A stretch of 64,000 nucleotides of DNA from Chiloscyllium plagiosum. Its lineage: Eukaryota. Of this stretch, positions 10,111 through 23,910 are shown piece after piece. How positions within the stretch are numbered: the first letter of the stretch is position 1; each line of letters starts with the position of its first letter. Below the pieces are notes generated by a model, which was not told the DNA's origin, made no database searches, and saw nothing but the letters and a program-made list of their open reading frames with translations. Made by a program: the position numbers and the translations under genes. The stretch spans positions 5,657,807 through 5,721,806 of the forward strand of contig NC_057718.1 of assembly GCF_004010195.1 (NCBI RefSeq), in the 5' to 3' direction.

Positions 10111-12046
10111 GAAGCATTCTCACCCTTGTTTCCAAATCCTTTCATTGCCGCACCCATTTCCTAGCTCTGTAATCTCCTGCAGTCACACAGGCCTCGAAGA
10201 TATCAGCGCTGCTCTAATCTGAGCTCTTGTACATCCTCAGTTAGAATTGCTCCAACTTTGTTGGCTAGGCCTTCAACTGCCTGGGACACAAGCTCTTGAA
10301 TGCCCCTCAACCCTCTATCTCACATCCCTCCTTCAAGTAGAAATATGGTGTACTGCTCATGTTACTGGACTAGTAACCTAGAGTTCCAAAGAAGGGTCTG
10401 GACTCAAAACGTTAGCTCTGAATCTCTCCACAGAATCTCCCAGCGATAGTGAGTTTCTCCAGTATTCTGTATTGTAATAATCCCAAGTGTGGTTAACTTT
10501 CATCTGCCTTCTGAGTAATTAGGGTTGGGCAGTAAGTACTGGCCTGGCTGGTAACATCCACATCTGTGAATGAACAAAAAAACCCTCAGACCAATACATT
10601 GAGGAATGGGTTCAAACAAGTGGCAGCCCTTGACATCTGGAATTGAAAAAGCTGATCTAATGGTGGCCATGTGGCCACTGTTTCAGAAACCCATCCTGTT
10701 TACTGATACTCTTTAGGGAAAGATATCCGCTTTCCTTACCTGCTCTGGCCTAATTACCTTCAGAAATGGTCCAGAGAAACAAACAGCCCAAGGACAAATT
10801 AGGGGATGAGCAACAAATGTTGGTCTTTCCACTGATACCCAAATCCCTGTGTAAGAATTCTTTTTTAAAAGACACACCTGAAGACTGACACCTTTTTACC
10901 TGCGCTGATATTTCCTGACGTGGCTCCCTATTGCTTTATAACACTCCCACGAAGCCTTAGGCCAATAGGGTTGCTCTCATAAGTGTATGTTGTTGTTATT
11001 GTTAGGACTGTCCATTCAGTGTTTGAAATGAAGCAAAGAAGGAAATGAAATACTGAGTCAAGTTAAAGTTGACCTAAAAATTATCTGTTGGAATTATCTA
11101 AGATCAAAGCATTTTCTTTCCTTTTATTGAACAGCCTTATGGATGGGTCACAGCAAATTTTCAATTGTAGGAGGATGGAACAGACTGGATTGAGGAGCAG
11201 CAGAAGCCTGGGCTGTGCCCGGTGAGATTTTATTAGGTGACGGTCTGCTTGCAGTTATCTGACAGTCACACTGTCCCACTGTGACTTTCTTGACTGACTC
11301 CCTCCTTCTACATCTGTTTGTCTCCTTGTCACATATCAATACATATCTTCTGCCACAGTTACAGATGAATCCTTGTGAAAATTAATCTCAGAGTCTAGAA
11401 GGAGAAGATGTTCAAATGTTGACGAGCCAACTTTCAAAATTCTCTTTGAAACCCACCTCAACAGCCTGGCTCATAAACACCAAAGCAATTTTACCACCTT
11501 CAGCCTGGTATCCATATATTTTTATTTTATATTCATTCATGAGACATGGGATATGCCAGCACTGATAACCCTGATAAACATTAGCTCTGAATCTCTCCAC
11601 AGAATCTCCCAGAGGTAGTGAGTTTCTCCAGTATTCTGCATTATTTTATATTTATTATAATAATCCCAAGTGTGGTTAACTTGCATCTGCCTTCTGAGTA
11701 ATTAATTTCACCATCTGCAATGGTGGCTTTTGAGTCTCAGAACATGAGTGTGAAGTTCTGAATTGCTTGTTCATTGATATTACCAGTAGGCCACATCCCC
11801 CATGCATGTACTACATTGTACATCTTTATAAAGTACCCTGAAATAATTTATTTTTCTGCATCAAGGTGCTGTATAAATACAAGCAGTTGTTGCTGCATTA
11901 GAAGGAACATATCTCTTCAGCTCACCCTCCAATTGACCCAGCGTAATAGTGAAACGAAGAATGACTTGGGGTCAAAAATGGGCTATAATAATAAATATCA
12001 GCCTCTCTTTTCCTTTGCTGGAATGCTGTATGTTTTCTCTTTCCAG

Positions 12047-12148
12047 TCTCTCTGCCAGGAAAGAAGAGCGTGAGGAGACAGCAGGAAGACCCACTGAAGA
12101 AACAAAGATGGAGAGCACTGTGGAGACCATTGAATCTAATGAAGAGAG
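12047..12148 (+). CDS. RGS17: RGS17 coding exon 2
   Basis: Acceptor tgttttctctttccag; translates (C)LSARKEEREETAGRPTEETKMESTVETIESNEE(S), resembling RGS17 LTVRNEERGENAGRPTHTTKMES. Donor AG|gtcagg; phase 2 at both ends fits the flanking exons. Confidence 0.88.
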
Positions 12149-12309
12149 GTCAGGCGAATGGGTTCAGTTGTTTTCATTTAAAGTGTCTAGCCTTTGCCTC
12201 AGGGACCTTCACAAACTCAACTGAACTCTACAGGCAGTCTTGATTACCGTCTGCCCACCAATTCTTAATTGTCCATTAGTTTTCTGTTCGCAAATTAAAA
12301 TTTGCATTG

Positions 12310-13150
12310 GGAACAGTGGAGAATTGCCTAGAATTTCATGAGGTCATAGATAGGTTGGTGGAATGGGCAGACATTTAGCAAGTGAAATTCAGTGCAGAGA
12401 ATTGTGAATTTTCTTAGTTTTGTAGAAAGAGCATGGAGAGACAAGAAAAAGAAAAGGGTACCAGTCTAACGGGTACAGGAGCCCAGGGACCTAGGTCCAT
12501 ATGTGCGAAAGTCATTGAAGGTTGCAGGACGTGTCATGAGAGTGATTAACAAAGCCTATGGTATCATGGGCTTTATTGTAGAGGCATAGAATACAAAACC
12601 AAGGGGGTGATGCTGAACTTGTACAAGATACTGTTCAGACCTCAGCTGGGATGCTGTGTACAGTTCTGTTCACTGCATTTTAGGGATAATTCTCAAGAAT
12701 AGTTCCACTGATAAGGAATTTTAGTTACATGGAAAGATTGCTGAAGTTGGGACTGTTTTTTCCTAGGAGATAAGAAAGGTGCGAGGATACTTGGTGAAGG
12801 TGTTCAAAATCATGAGGATTCTGGACAGAGTAGGTAGGTTCCCATGGATCAATCAAGAATGAGAGGATAGAGATTTAAAGTAATTGGCAAAGGAAGCAAT
12901 GGGGACATGAGGAGATGTCTTTTCACTTAGCATTTGGTTAACGTCTGGATTGTACTGCTTGAGTACGTAGTGCAGAGCTGTTCAATCGAGCCATTCACAA
13001 GGCAGTTTGAAAGTTATCTGGAAAGGAAACACTGCTCAGGGTTACGTGGGGGAGGTGGGTGAATGGCACTCGGTGAATCTTTATTCAGGGGGCGGAGCAA
13101 ACATGACCGGCTGAAAGGCCTCCTTCTGTACTGTGATGATTCTGTGATTC
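12310..13150 (+). mobile_element. Decayed CR1 RT-to-3' fragment
   Basis: DRLVEWADI..VKFSAENC, YKILFRPQLGCCVQF and a 3' tail. Confidence 0.75.
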
Positions 13151-13751
13151 TGTAATGAGTGACTTGTTTAAATAAAACCCCTTGTTCACAATATTGGTGA
13201 GTCATTGGCCTATTATCTGCACTGACTTTCCTTAATCCAATCCCTTTTCCTCATCAATTTGAACCCTTCTCCTGTCCGAATGGTCTCCTCTTTCACCAGG
13301 ACTTAAGTGCAATACTTAAAGTCACTAGGACTGGATAGTGATACTGAGGGAAGTGAGAGTGGAATTTGCAGAGGCAGTTGCTGTAATATTTTTCCTCTTC
13401 CTTAGACTCAGGGGCTGTGCTGGAGGATTGAAGAAAGATATAAGAATAACACAACAATCAGTTTAACTTTGATGCTGGCAAAGGAATTATAAAGGAGATA
13501 ATGATAAAGAGACCTGATTAAAATATTCAAAATTGGTGCAGAGTCATTAGGGACGAAGTGTTCCCACTCTGTTCTGGAACGATCCATGATTCTGTAATTC
13601 TATGACTTATACAACATTATATTCCTTGTTGAGGAAGCTCCAAACTATTCATTTAGTTCCTCAGCCATGTTTCTTGCCTCCATTGGTAAATCTCCTTTCT
13701 GGTCCCTTATTCATCTCACTTCTCCTTTTACCATCTTTTACCATCTTTTGT

Positions 13752-14038
13752 GGGTGGCACAGTGGTTAGCACTGCTGCCTCACAGCGCCACAGACCCGGG
13801 TTCAATTCCCGCCTCAGGCAACTGACTGTGTGGAGTTTGCACATTCTCCCCGTGTCTGCGTGGGTTTCCTCCGGGTGCTCCGGTTTCCTCCCACAATCCA
13901 AAAATGTGCAGGTCAGGTGAATTGGCCGTGCTAAATTGCCTGTAGTGTTAGGGGGCAGGGGTAAATGTAGGGGAAAGGGTCTGGGTGGACTTGTTGGGCC
14001 AAAGGGCCTGTTTCCAGACTGTAAGTAATCTAATCTAA
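13752..14038 (+). mobile_element. HE1/V-SINE-like SINE, young copy
   Basis: ggtggcacagtggttagcactgctgcctcacagcgcc...gggttcaattcc; V-domain tgtggagtttgcacattctccccgtgtctgcgtggg; (taatc)n tail. Confidence 0.9.
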
Positions 14039-14639
14039 AATGTACCTGCCAAGGGCAAACTTTTGGATTCACTTCTATGATCGCTGCTAGTCTTTTCTCA
14101 ACCTCTAGCTTTCCTTCTCTTATTTATTTCTTCACTGCCCCTGCTCTGAATTTTCTATATTTCACCTTGGTTCTTAGTTATATTATCCACCTGACATCGT
14201 CATCAGCACACTTTTCTCTTCTTCTTAATCCATCTCCTTTATAGTCACAGGAGCTCTGGACTTGTTTGCCCTACCTTCCCTGTGTGTGGATGTTATTAAG
14301 GTATCTCTACCTTAAAGACAGCCCATTGTTCAATGACTAGTTTGCCTGCCATTCCTTGATTCCAGTTGGATCTGGGTCAGATCTACCCCCATCGACAGGG
14401 ATGCACTGACCGTGATCATCCTTTTACAGAATACAGGAATTGCAGACAGCTCCTGAGGTAGCAGCAGGTGTAACAGCAACACAATGTTGAAAAAATATGA
14501 CAAAAAGTACATTCATTTCACTCATTAAGCACAGCTGCTTCCAGCTGTTAATGATTTCCTGGTGTTTTGTTTTGTTACGTAAGCTCATTGGAACATAGAA
14601 AAGAAATCTCAAAGGTTTACAACAGCATTTTTAGAAAGC

Positions 14640-14900
14640 ATTCTCTCTCTCTCTGCTCATTTTCCTCTCCCTTTCTTTCTCCTGTTTTTCACATTTCCTC
14701 CCCTTTCTCTCTCCCTCACTCTCATCCATCATTCTGAAACTCATTGCAGCTTCTCTCCGACACATCTTTGTGCCTTTTATCTTTTCAATTTTCCACTTGC
14801 TGTTTTCTTTCAATCGTTTTCTCTGTCATTCCTTTCTCTCTTCCTCTTGCCCCACTCCACCTGTTTCTTGACTTTATCTCTCATCTCTTCACTCTCTTTT
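14640..14900. repeat. CT-rich low-complexity tract
   Basis: Polypyrimidine on the + strand. Confidence 0.8.
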
Positions 14901-15219
14901 CGAAGTCAAACATTTGTAGGTTCGGGTGCAGTGTCTTGATCACATAAAACAGGCTGAGATATGAATGCAGTATGAATGCTACACTAGTGTCTTTCAGATG
15001 AAACATCAAACAAGGTACCAATGTTCATTCAGAAAGGTATAAAACATTGGCTCTTCAGAAGGTTACTGATAAGAAATAATATCTTTCATTCCCTCTTTAT
15101 CGATGGTTCCAGATTTGCTGAGTAGTTCCAGCATTTCTTGTCCTTATTTCAGATTTTCAGCATTAAATGCATTTGCTTTTGTGTCATCATCAAATTATTT
15201 GTTACATATATGCGAATAT

Positions 15220-16690
15220 ATTTACATATGAATTAGGAGCAGGAGTAGACCGTTCAGCCCCTCAAGCCTGTTCCACCATTCAATAAGTTCATGGCTAGTC
15301 TGATTGTGGCTTCAACTGTACTTTCGTGTTTAGCCCTCTATAAATGTTGACTCCCTTATTTACTATACTGTACCTACCTCTGCCTTAAAATTCTTCAATG
15401 ACCCATCTCCACACTTCTCTGGGAAGGAGAGTTCCAAAGAGTCATAACCTTCTGAGAGACAAAAGAAATCCTCTGATCTCTGTTTTAAGTGGAAGATGCA
15501 TGATCTTAAACAATGTCCTTTGGTTCTAACTTCTCCAACAATGGGAAATGTCCTTTTCATATTTGCCTGATCTAGTCGTCTCAGGATCTTATATTTTTAA
15601 TAAGTTCCAATATCTTCAAATTATTTTTAATATTTTCACTTACCTTTCTGAGCTTCAATGGATACAGACCCTGCTGATATTCAAACTTGCTTCCTAAGAT
15701 AACCCGCATATCTCAGTCATAAGATGACGGTGCCTTTTTTAAACTGCCTTTAAAATGTTTACAGCCTTTCTTAAATAAGGAACCTAAACTGTGCACAGGA
15801 CTCCAGAGGTGGCCTTATCAACATTGTGTCCAGATGCAACAAAACATCCCTACTTTTATATTTAATTCCCCATGCAATAAATGTCAACATTCCATTTACT
15901 GCCTTAATTCATTGTTGTCATTGTGTCTTACATGTGATTCATGTACGAGTACACCCAGATCCTGTTGTACTCCAGAACTCGGCAGTCTCTCTCCCTTTAT
16001 ATATTACGCTGGCTCTCTATTTGTCCTGTCAAATTGTACAAGGCCACATTTTCACCTTACATTCCATCTGACAATTTTTCTCCACTCACTCAACCTATCC
16101 TTTTTCACTTTGTAGAATCTTTATATCCTCTTCACAAGTTCTTTTCTACCCACCTTTATCACATCAGTATATTTTGCAATCATGTATCCAGTTCCTTCAC
16201 CCAAGTCATTGTTCTAATTTGTGAAAAGATGTGGCACCGATCAGTGGAACCAATCTGAAGCTTAACTAACCTACACTATTCCATTTTTATCCATATGTTT
16301 ATCCAATGACTATTTAAATGCCCTTAAAGTTGGCGAGTCTACTACAGTTGCAGGCAGGGTGTTCCACGTCCCTAGTACTCTGAGTAAAGAAACTACCTCT
16401 GACATCTTTCATATATCTATCAAACCTCAATTTAAAGCTATGTCCCCTCATTCTAGCCATCACTATCAGAGGAAAAAACTCTCCCTGTCCACCCTATCTA
16501 ACCCTCTGATTATCTTATATGTCTCAATTAAGTCACCTCTCAACCTTCTCTCTAACAAAAACAGCCTCAAGTCCCTCAGCCTTTCCTTATAAGACCTTCT
16601 CTCCATACCAGGCAACATCCTTGTAAATCTCCTCTGCACCCTTTCCAAAGCTTCCACATCCTTCTTATAATGCGGTGACCAGAACTGTAC
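15220..16690 (-). mobile_element. Two CR1 fragments (old 15220-16230; younger 16260-16690)
   Basis: Minus strand VQFWSPHYKKDVEALERVQRRFTRMLPGM...RGDLIETYKIIRGLDRVD. Confidence 0.8.
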
Positions 16691-16694
16691 GCAA

Positions 16695-17080
16695 AACCTG
16701 AAGTTCTGCAAAGCAGTCACACAGTCTGTGTTTGGTTTCTCCAATATAGGGAAGGCCATGTTGGGTGCAGTAAATACAAAATACCAGATTGGAGATGGTA
16801 CAGATGAAATGCTGCTTCACCTGGAAAGACTCTTTAGGCCCTTGGACGATGAGCAAGGAGGAAGTGAAGGGGCAGGTGTTGCACCTGCTGTGATTACATG
16901 GAAAGGCGTTGTGGGAAGGTCAGGTGGTCAAGGACTAGGATGGTCCTTGTGAAATGCAGAAGGGAAGGGTGAGGGGAAGACGTGTTTAGTGGTGGCATTC
17001 TGCTGGAGTTGTCTGAAATGGCAGAGAATGATCCTTTGAATGCGGAGGCTGGTGGGATGAAAAATGTGGAGCGATATGAT
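16695..17080 (-). mobile_element. Penelope-like GIY-YIG endonuclease fragment
   Basis: KQHFICTISNLVFCIYCTQHGLPYIGETKHRLCDCFAE (GIY...YIG motif). Confidence 0.85.
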
Positions 17081-17219
17081 CGGGGGTGCTGGGTCTGATT
17101 GAGGTGCTCTTTGGAGAGTTGGTGTGGACTCAACAAACTGAATGACCTCTTTCTGCATTGTAGGAACTCTATGACTCTATCTGTCACTTAATGAAATGGG
17201 ATAAATACAGTCTGCGACA

Positions 17220-17800
17220 ACAACTGCTTCCATTTATATAGCGCCCTTTACATTGTAAAACATCCTTCACAGAGGTATTCGTGAACTAAGCTACATTAGG
17301 AGATATCTAGGACAGATGATCAAAAACCTGATCAAGCAGGTTTCAAGGAATGTTGTTAAAGACGTAGTGAGAGTTTGAGAGGGAATTTCAGAGATTATGG
17401 GCCTAGGCAGCTGAGGGCATTGCTGCCAGTGATGAAGGAGTTGGAATTGAAGATGTTCCAAAGGTCAGGAGGAGATGAGGGATCTCATTCATAAGGCTGG
17501 ATGCAGTAACTGAGACCGGGAAAGATTGCGAAAGGCATAGTCATGAGGGACTTGAAAACAGGATAAAAATGATCAGATGTGTGTTGCTGGAGAAGGGCAG
17601 CAAGACCATGGAGGGGAGAGCTTAAAGGGACTTGGGAGAGTAGAACTCAGAGCTTTGGATGAGCTGCGGGTTTTTGGAGGGGGCGGGAAGATGGGAGAGT
17701 GGTGAGGAGACGATGCAAATGGTCAAAACAACAAAGGCATGGGTGACCGTTTCAGCAGTGAATGAGCTAAGGCAGAGCCAGAGTCCGGTGATTTCAAGGA
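17220..17800 (-). mobile_element. Old L2/CR1-group LINE 3' region
   Basis: The minus strand ends in gggcgctatataaatggaagcagttg, the same tail as the Deu-type SINEs; similar + strand pieces lie at ~10110-10340. Confidence 0.5.
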
Positions 17801-18099
17801 AGCAGAGTGGTTTGTACATGATCTGCAAAATGAGAGATTGTGGGTGGTCTGTCTGTGTGTTCCACTGTTGGCACTCTGCTCTTTTTTTTATAATGATCAT
17901 CAATAGAAAATGGAAGTTGTCTGGTAAGAGGAGCAGAGGTTCTGAGAGGAGTGTAATTAAATGATGAGCAGGCAGTGAATATGTGTTCTCCAAGTAGATG
18001 CTGCTGGTGCATGGCAGGAAACTGAGCAGTGAACTGAAGGACATTGTGCTCTGTTAAATACGTCCTGCTAACAAGTTGAATCAGCTCTTCATCCAAATA

Positions 18100-18990
18100 A
18101 CACACCAGATGGCCTCCTTCTTTAGAGACCGCAATTTCCCTTCCCACGTGATTAAAGATGCCCTCCAACGCATCTCGTCTACATCCCGCACCTCCGCCCT
18201 CAGACCGTAACAAGGACAGAACGCCCCTGGTGCTCACCTTCCACCCTACCAACCTTCGCATAAACCAAATCATCTGCCGACATTTCCGCCACCTCCAAAC
18301 AGACGCCACCACCAGGGATATATTTCCCTCCCCANNNNNNNNNNNNNNNNNNNNNNNNNNNNNNNNNNNNNNNNNNNNNNNNNNNNNNNNNNNNNNNNNN
18401 NNNNNNNNNNNNNNNNNNNNNNNNNNNNNNNNNNNNNNNNNNNNNNNNNNNNNNNNNNNNNNNNNNNNNNNNNNNNNNNNNNNNNNNNNNNNNNNNNNNN
18501 NNNNNNNNNNNNNNNNNNNNNNNNNNNNNNNNNNNNNNNNNNNNNNNNNNNNNNNNNNNNNNNNNNNNNNNNNNNNNNNNNNNNNNNNNNNNNNNNNNNN
18601 NNNNNNNNNNNNNNNNNNNNNNNNNNNNNNNNNNNNNNNNNNNNNNNNNNNNNNNNNNNNNNNNNNNNNNNNNNNNNNNNNNNNNNNNNNNNNNNNNNNN
18701 NNNNNNNNNNNNNNNNNNNNNNNNNNNNNNNNNNNNNNNNNNNNNNNNNNNNNNNNNNNNNNNNNNNNNNNNNNNNNNNNNNNNNNNNNNNNNNNNNNNN
18801 NNNNNNNNNNNNNNNNNNNNNNNNNNNNNNNNNNNNNNNNNNNNTCAGGCTCACTGCCTTTATTCCTGATGAAGGGCTTTTGCCCGAAACATCGATTTTG
18901 AAGCTCCTTGGATGCTGCCTGAACTGCTGTGCTCTTCCAGCACCACTAATCCAGAATCTGGTTTCCAGCATCTGCAGTCATTGTTTTTAC
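18100..18990 (+). mobile_element. 5'-truncated Penelope-like element spanning the gap
   Basis: QMASFFRDRNFPSHV...DRTPLVLTFHPTNLRINQII; 3' terminal repeat with intact CTGATGA-aGGGCttttGCCC-GAAA-catc (18866-18893); flanks ctcttcatcca(a/c)ata at 18085-18099 and 18991-19005. Confidence 0.85.
18335..18844. other. Assembly gap (510 N)
   Basis: Run of N. Confidence 1.
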
Positions 18991-21229
18991 CTCTTCATCC
19001 ACATAGCTGTGCAGTCCAGCGGAAATGGTTTTATGAGGACATTTATTGGTTTTGGCGAGGTGAAGATGTTCCAGCTGTGTTTACTTTCCAGGCTACAGGA
19101 GTTTCACATTTTTATAACCCCCCCCACCCCCACCAATATATTTTGTTTTCTTCAACCACAGTTATTTATTTCCATGAACATCCATTACTCTCAGCATTCC
19201 TGTGCTTGCTGCTGTCCATTATTAACCCTGAAGAGTATAGGGACTGAACTCCCTCAGAGGATGACAGAATCTGCGTATCTATGGTGCATTTGTCTGTGTC
19301 ATGATGTGCTAAGGGGCTTTACCAAGAATGTACTTTTTTTTAAAGTGTAGTCACTGTTGTAATGATGGAAACATGACAACCAATTTGCTCAGAGCAAACT
19401 CCCCCAAACAACAATGAGGTAATGACCAGATAATCTACTTGGCATGATATTGTTGAAGGATATATACTTATGTAGGATATGCAGAAGAACTCCAGCCTCT
19501 CCTTATAACTCGAACCATCCAGTCTCAGTAACATCCTTGAAAATCTTTTCTGCGCCCTCTCCAATTTGATAATATCCTTTTCATGGCAGGATGATCAGAA
19601 CTGCACACTGTACTCCAAAACTGGCATCTCCAAAGTCCTGTATAACTATAGCATAACGTTCCCAACTCCAAAACTCAATGGTCCGAGCAATGAAGGCAAG
19701 CATGCCAAACGTCTAAGGCATTATATGCAGAAAGATTGTATAAGGTTTTTTGCGATAATCTTTGATCAGAGTTCCCGATTGATATTCATTTAAGACACAA
19801 TCGCAATATTGTTCGAAGGGAAACAAAATGAACTTCACTTTCATTCAGTCTGATCACAGCCAAAGGAAATGTCCCATTGTATTTCATATTGAAGTGTCGT
19901 CACTGTTGCTAGACAGCTGAACATGGCAGCCATTTTGATACATCATTTGATTCCACAAGTTGCTCAGTTAAATAAATATACTCAGTTAAACCCATCACTA
20001 AACAATAAGGAATGAAGGCTGAGACACTAGGCTAATTCTCTGCTTTTGGTGTAGAAAAATCTTTAACGTATATCACAGCAAACAAAGAGGATTTGATTTA
20101 ACATCTCTTTTGAAAGTTGGAACCTCCCACAACCCAGAAAGCACAGATTGCTATACTGAATTGTTAGCCTTTAGGTTCTTTACTTTGGCATCTTGACTGA
20201 ATTAGCACTTAGGACAGCACTTTCCTCTGTGAGAGAGGTGGTGAGAAGGGGAATTAATTGGCCAAGCTGGTCCTGGTGCAATACTCTCCCACTTCTCACT
20301 GCCTGACCAGTTAGGTACTAAATGAAAATGTACATTCTTTTTAAAAAATTATTATTTAACCTATTTTTCTAATCAACCTGTCTCACGCAGATTACACACT
20401 TCTGGAGCTGGTGAGACTTGAGCCTGGGTCTCACTACCACTGCTCCACAAGAAAGTCCCTGAGAATGTCCATTCTTGAATCCCCAGCAATTAAGGCCTTT
20501 AAATGGTCAGTTAATGGCTATGTGGTCTCCATTTGCCCAAATCTGTGAGCAATTGAGGGACAAATGGCTTTTTAAAGCCATTTGCTTTTGACTTGCCCTT
20601 GCCCTTGCTTTTGACCCCACCCCTCCAATTGCCCCTCTCCTCATATAGTTCCACCCCACGAGAGGCAGAAGAATATGACTTACCTCCTTGCCATCGGATG
20701 CCCTGAGACTAGACTTCAATTGATGCTCTTTAGGACCCAAATGCAGCCAATCTCTGCCTGGTCAGCAGTTTCTGTTGTGGCAAGATTCCATTGTTGAAGC
20801 ATTCAATAGGCTAAGAGGTTTGACGGTCAGCCTTTAACAAGTTATAATTGGATTTTGAACCGGCAACCTTTCTTAATTGTGGGACCAGTAAGTTGGCCAC
20901 CAATGGACTTGCCTCCATCCACAGAGGACAGTTAATAGCCCCAACCACATTGCTGTGGGTCTGGACTGCAAATCAGAAAGTTACAGTCTTAGAATCTGAA
21001 AGGGGGAAATCTTCAGAAGACACTTACTAGCTATGGTGTTGTGGAGGTTCTGTTCATGGGATTTTGTTTCCTTTCATGAGATGTGAGTGCACTGTCAGGG
21101 CTAGCATTTGTCACCTGTCTCTAATTACCCTCGAATTGAGTGACTTGCTCAACAATTTCAAGTTAAAATCGACCATATTGCGTGGGTTAGGAGTCACATG
21201 TACACCATGTCAGGTAAGGACAGCAGTTT

Positions 21230-21555
21230 GGGGAAGCAATGGTCTAGTGGTCTATTATCGCTGGGCTGTTAACCCAGAGAACCAGGTAATGTTCTGGGGA
21301 CCTGGGTTCGAATCTCACCACAACGGCAGGTGGAATTTGAATTCAATAAACATCTGGATTTAAAGTGTGTACTGATAGCCATGAATCTATTGGAAATAAC
21401 CCATCTAGTTCACTAATGTCATTTAGGGAAAGAAACTGCCATCCTTACCTGATCTGCCCTACATGTGACTCCAGACCCACAGCAATGTGGTTGGGGCTAT
21501 TAACTGTCCTCTGGGCAATTAGGGATGGGAAATAAATGCTGGCCTGGCCAGCGAT
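21230..21555 (+). mobile_element. Second tRNA-derived SINE family with CR1-group tail; an inverted related copy follows at ~21560-21770
   Basis: tggtctagtgg A box, gggttcgaatc B box, tail gggcaattagggatgggaaataaatgctggcc shared with LINE ends at 27780-27880 and 38970-39080. Confidence 0.7.
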
Positions 21556-22029
21556 GTCTTCCTTCCCTAATGGACATTAGTGAACAAAATGGATTTTTAA
21601 CAACAATTTCATGGCCCCCAGTATTAAGACTAGCTTTCCATTTCAGACTTTGATTAGCTGAATTTAAATTCCACCAGCTGCCGTAGTTCAATTCCTACCC
21701 CAGGTATTTATCCTGACCTCTGGATTACTGGTCCATTGACATTACCACTGCCCAACCATCTGTCCCTAATTATCCCAGAACTTAGGGATATGGGAAAATG
21801 GATGGTAATAGACAGGACAACTAGAGAAGATTAATAAGAAGCATTTGGATCATTTTATTTAGTCATGGAATGTGGGCATTGTTTGCTGAGCCAGCATTTA
21901 TTGCCCGTCCCTAGTTGCCCTGGAGATGCTGCAGTCCGTTCAGCGTGGGTAGGCCCAAAGTATGTTAGAGAAGGAGTTCCAGGATCTTAATCAAGTGACA
22001 CTGAAGGAACAGAGATATATTTAAAGGTG

Positions 22030-22720
22030 TGGAATGCTGATGCTTGGTTGTATTAAGAGAGAATCAGAGAACAACAACTAGGAGATTATGTCATACCTTT
22101 ATAAAACATTAGTTGGGCCTCACCTGAAGTGTTGTGTCCAGTTCTGAATGCCACATTTGAGGAAGGATGTCAATCATTTGAAAAGATGCGGGGGGAGGTT
22201 TACTGGAGTAGTGTCAAGGTGAGAGGCCTCACTGATGCAGAGATACAGAAGGAGATTTGATTGTTCCCTTCGGAGCAGAGAAAGTTGATTGAGGTGTTTA
22301 ATGTCATGAAGCATTTTGATAGAGTAAATAAAAAGAAACTGTTTCCAGTAGCAGGGTTGGTAACCAGAGGAAAACTGAATGAAGGCAATTGGCAACAGAT
22401 TGGGCGATGGCATGATGTATTTATTTACACTGCAAGTTGTTAGGATCTATAACATGCAGCCCAAGAGGGCAATGGAAGGAGATTCAATGAGAACTTTCAC
22501 AAGAGGTTTTTATCCATTCATGTAGGGGTAGTACATGTATGGCAGTGAGTTGAGAGCACGGGACTGGGACCAATTGGTTAGAACATAGAGTGTAGAACTG
22601 TACAGCATGGACACAGGCCCTTTGGTCCACCATGTACTGACCATGATGCCATCTATACTGTTCCCATCTGCCTTCACGTGATCTGTATCCCTTTATTCCC
22701 TGCCTGTTCATGTGTCTGTT
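22030..22720 (+). mobile_element. Decayed CR1 3' fragment, with an opposite-strand CR1 tail at ~22580-22720
   Basis: LYKTLVGPHLKCCVQF and LIEVFNVMKHFDRVNKKKLFP. Confidence 0.7.
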
Positions 22721-23234
22721 TCACAAAGGTAGTTCAGCAAAGAGCTAAAAAAGGCATGAAGCTCTAAACATGAGTTCAAATTCTGCCATGGCAGTTTGAT
22801 AATTTTAAGATAAAACTGATTTCACTAATCTTCATCATCTAAAACTGTGGAATTATTAGCAGTAGAATTGGTTCACAATCTCCTTTTCAGGGAAAGGAAC
22901 CTGCTGTACCTCTCTGGCAATCATGAGGCAGTCTTCCAGTTCTGGGTCTCTTTCCTGTGTTTTGATATCCAAACTAAACTCCAGATGAGGTCAGAGATCT
23001 CCCTGTTTACTTGAGAAAGTGAATGCTGTTTTTTGTTTTGCTTAATTCTCTTGCCTTCTACTTCAGAATAGTTTCCTGTAATTGTGAACTGAAGAATTGT
23101 CCTATTCCATGAACTTTACTTTAGCAAGTAGTCACCCTGTTCAAAACCTTAGCAGAATCTTGCGAAAATTAACTTCATCTGATATCCATAAAGTCTCCTT
23201 TGTCTACTTCATCGGAGCTCAATTTGATGAATCA

Positions 23235-23550
23235 TAACAGTGTAGAAACAGGCCATTTGGCCCAACAAGTCCACACCAACCCTTCGAAGAGTAACCCACC
23301 TGGACCCATTCCCCTGCCCAATTAATCTACATTTCCCCTGACTAATGCGCCTGACCCACACATCCATGAACACTGTAGCATGGCCAATTCACCTAATCTG
23401 TACATCTTTGGCTGTGGGAGGAACCTCCCCCCCCCACACACACACACGGAGAGAATGTACAAACACCACACAGACCATCGCCCGAGACTGGAATTGAACC
23501 CAGGTACCTGGCGCTGTGAGGCAACAGTGCTAACCACTGAGCCACCATGC
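23235..23550 (-). mobile_element. HE1/V-SINE-like SINE
   Basis: Reverse complement of the tRNA head ggtggctcagtggttagcactgttgcctcacagcgcc and the tail. Confidence 0.85.
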
Positions 23551-23684
23551 TGATGAGTTAGATCTGACCTCCCACAGATTTAGAAACGCCTGTTAATCCT
23601 CTCTAATCAGCTGATCCTATTCCAAGTGCTCACTTTGGTTCTGACAATTAATTCTGGAAACATTTCCCAATAGTGAGATTAAAC

Positions 23685-23910
23685 TAAATCAGAAATTGCT
23701 GACAAAACTCAGCAGGTCTGGCAGTGTCTGTGGGAAGAGAGCAGAGTTAACATTTCAAATCCAGTGACTCTTCATCAGAACTCATGAGTCAACAGACTTG
23801 AAATTTTAACTCTGCTTTCTTCCCACAGGTGTTGGCAGACCTGCTGAGTTTCTCCAGCAATTTCTATTTTTGTTTCAGATCTCCAGCATCCACGATTTTC
23901 TGTTTTAGCA
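23685..23910. mobile_element. Fold-back Penelope-derived short element with hammerhead motif
   Basis: Arms ~23690-23760 and ~23800-23870 are inverted; minus strand gagtt-CTGATGA-agagtcactggattt-GAAA-tgtt-aactc at 23744-23783. Confidence 0.7.
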
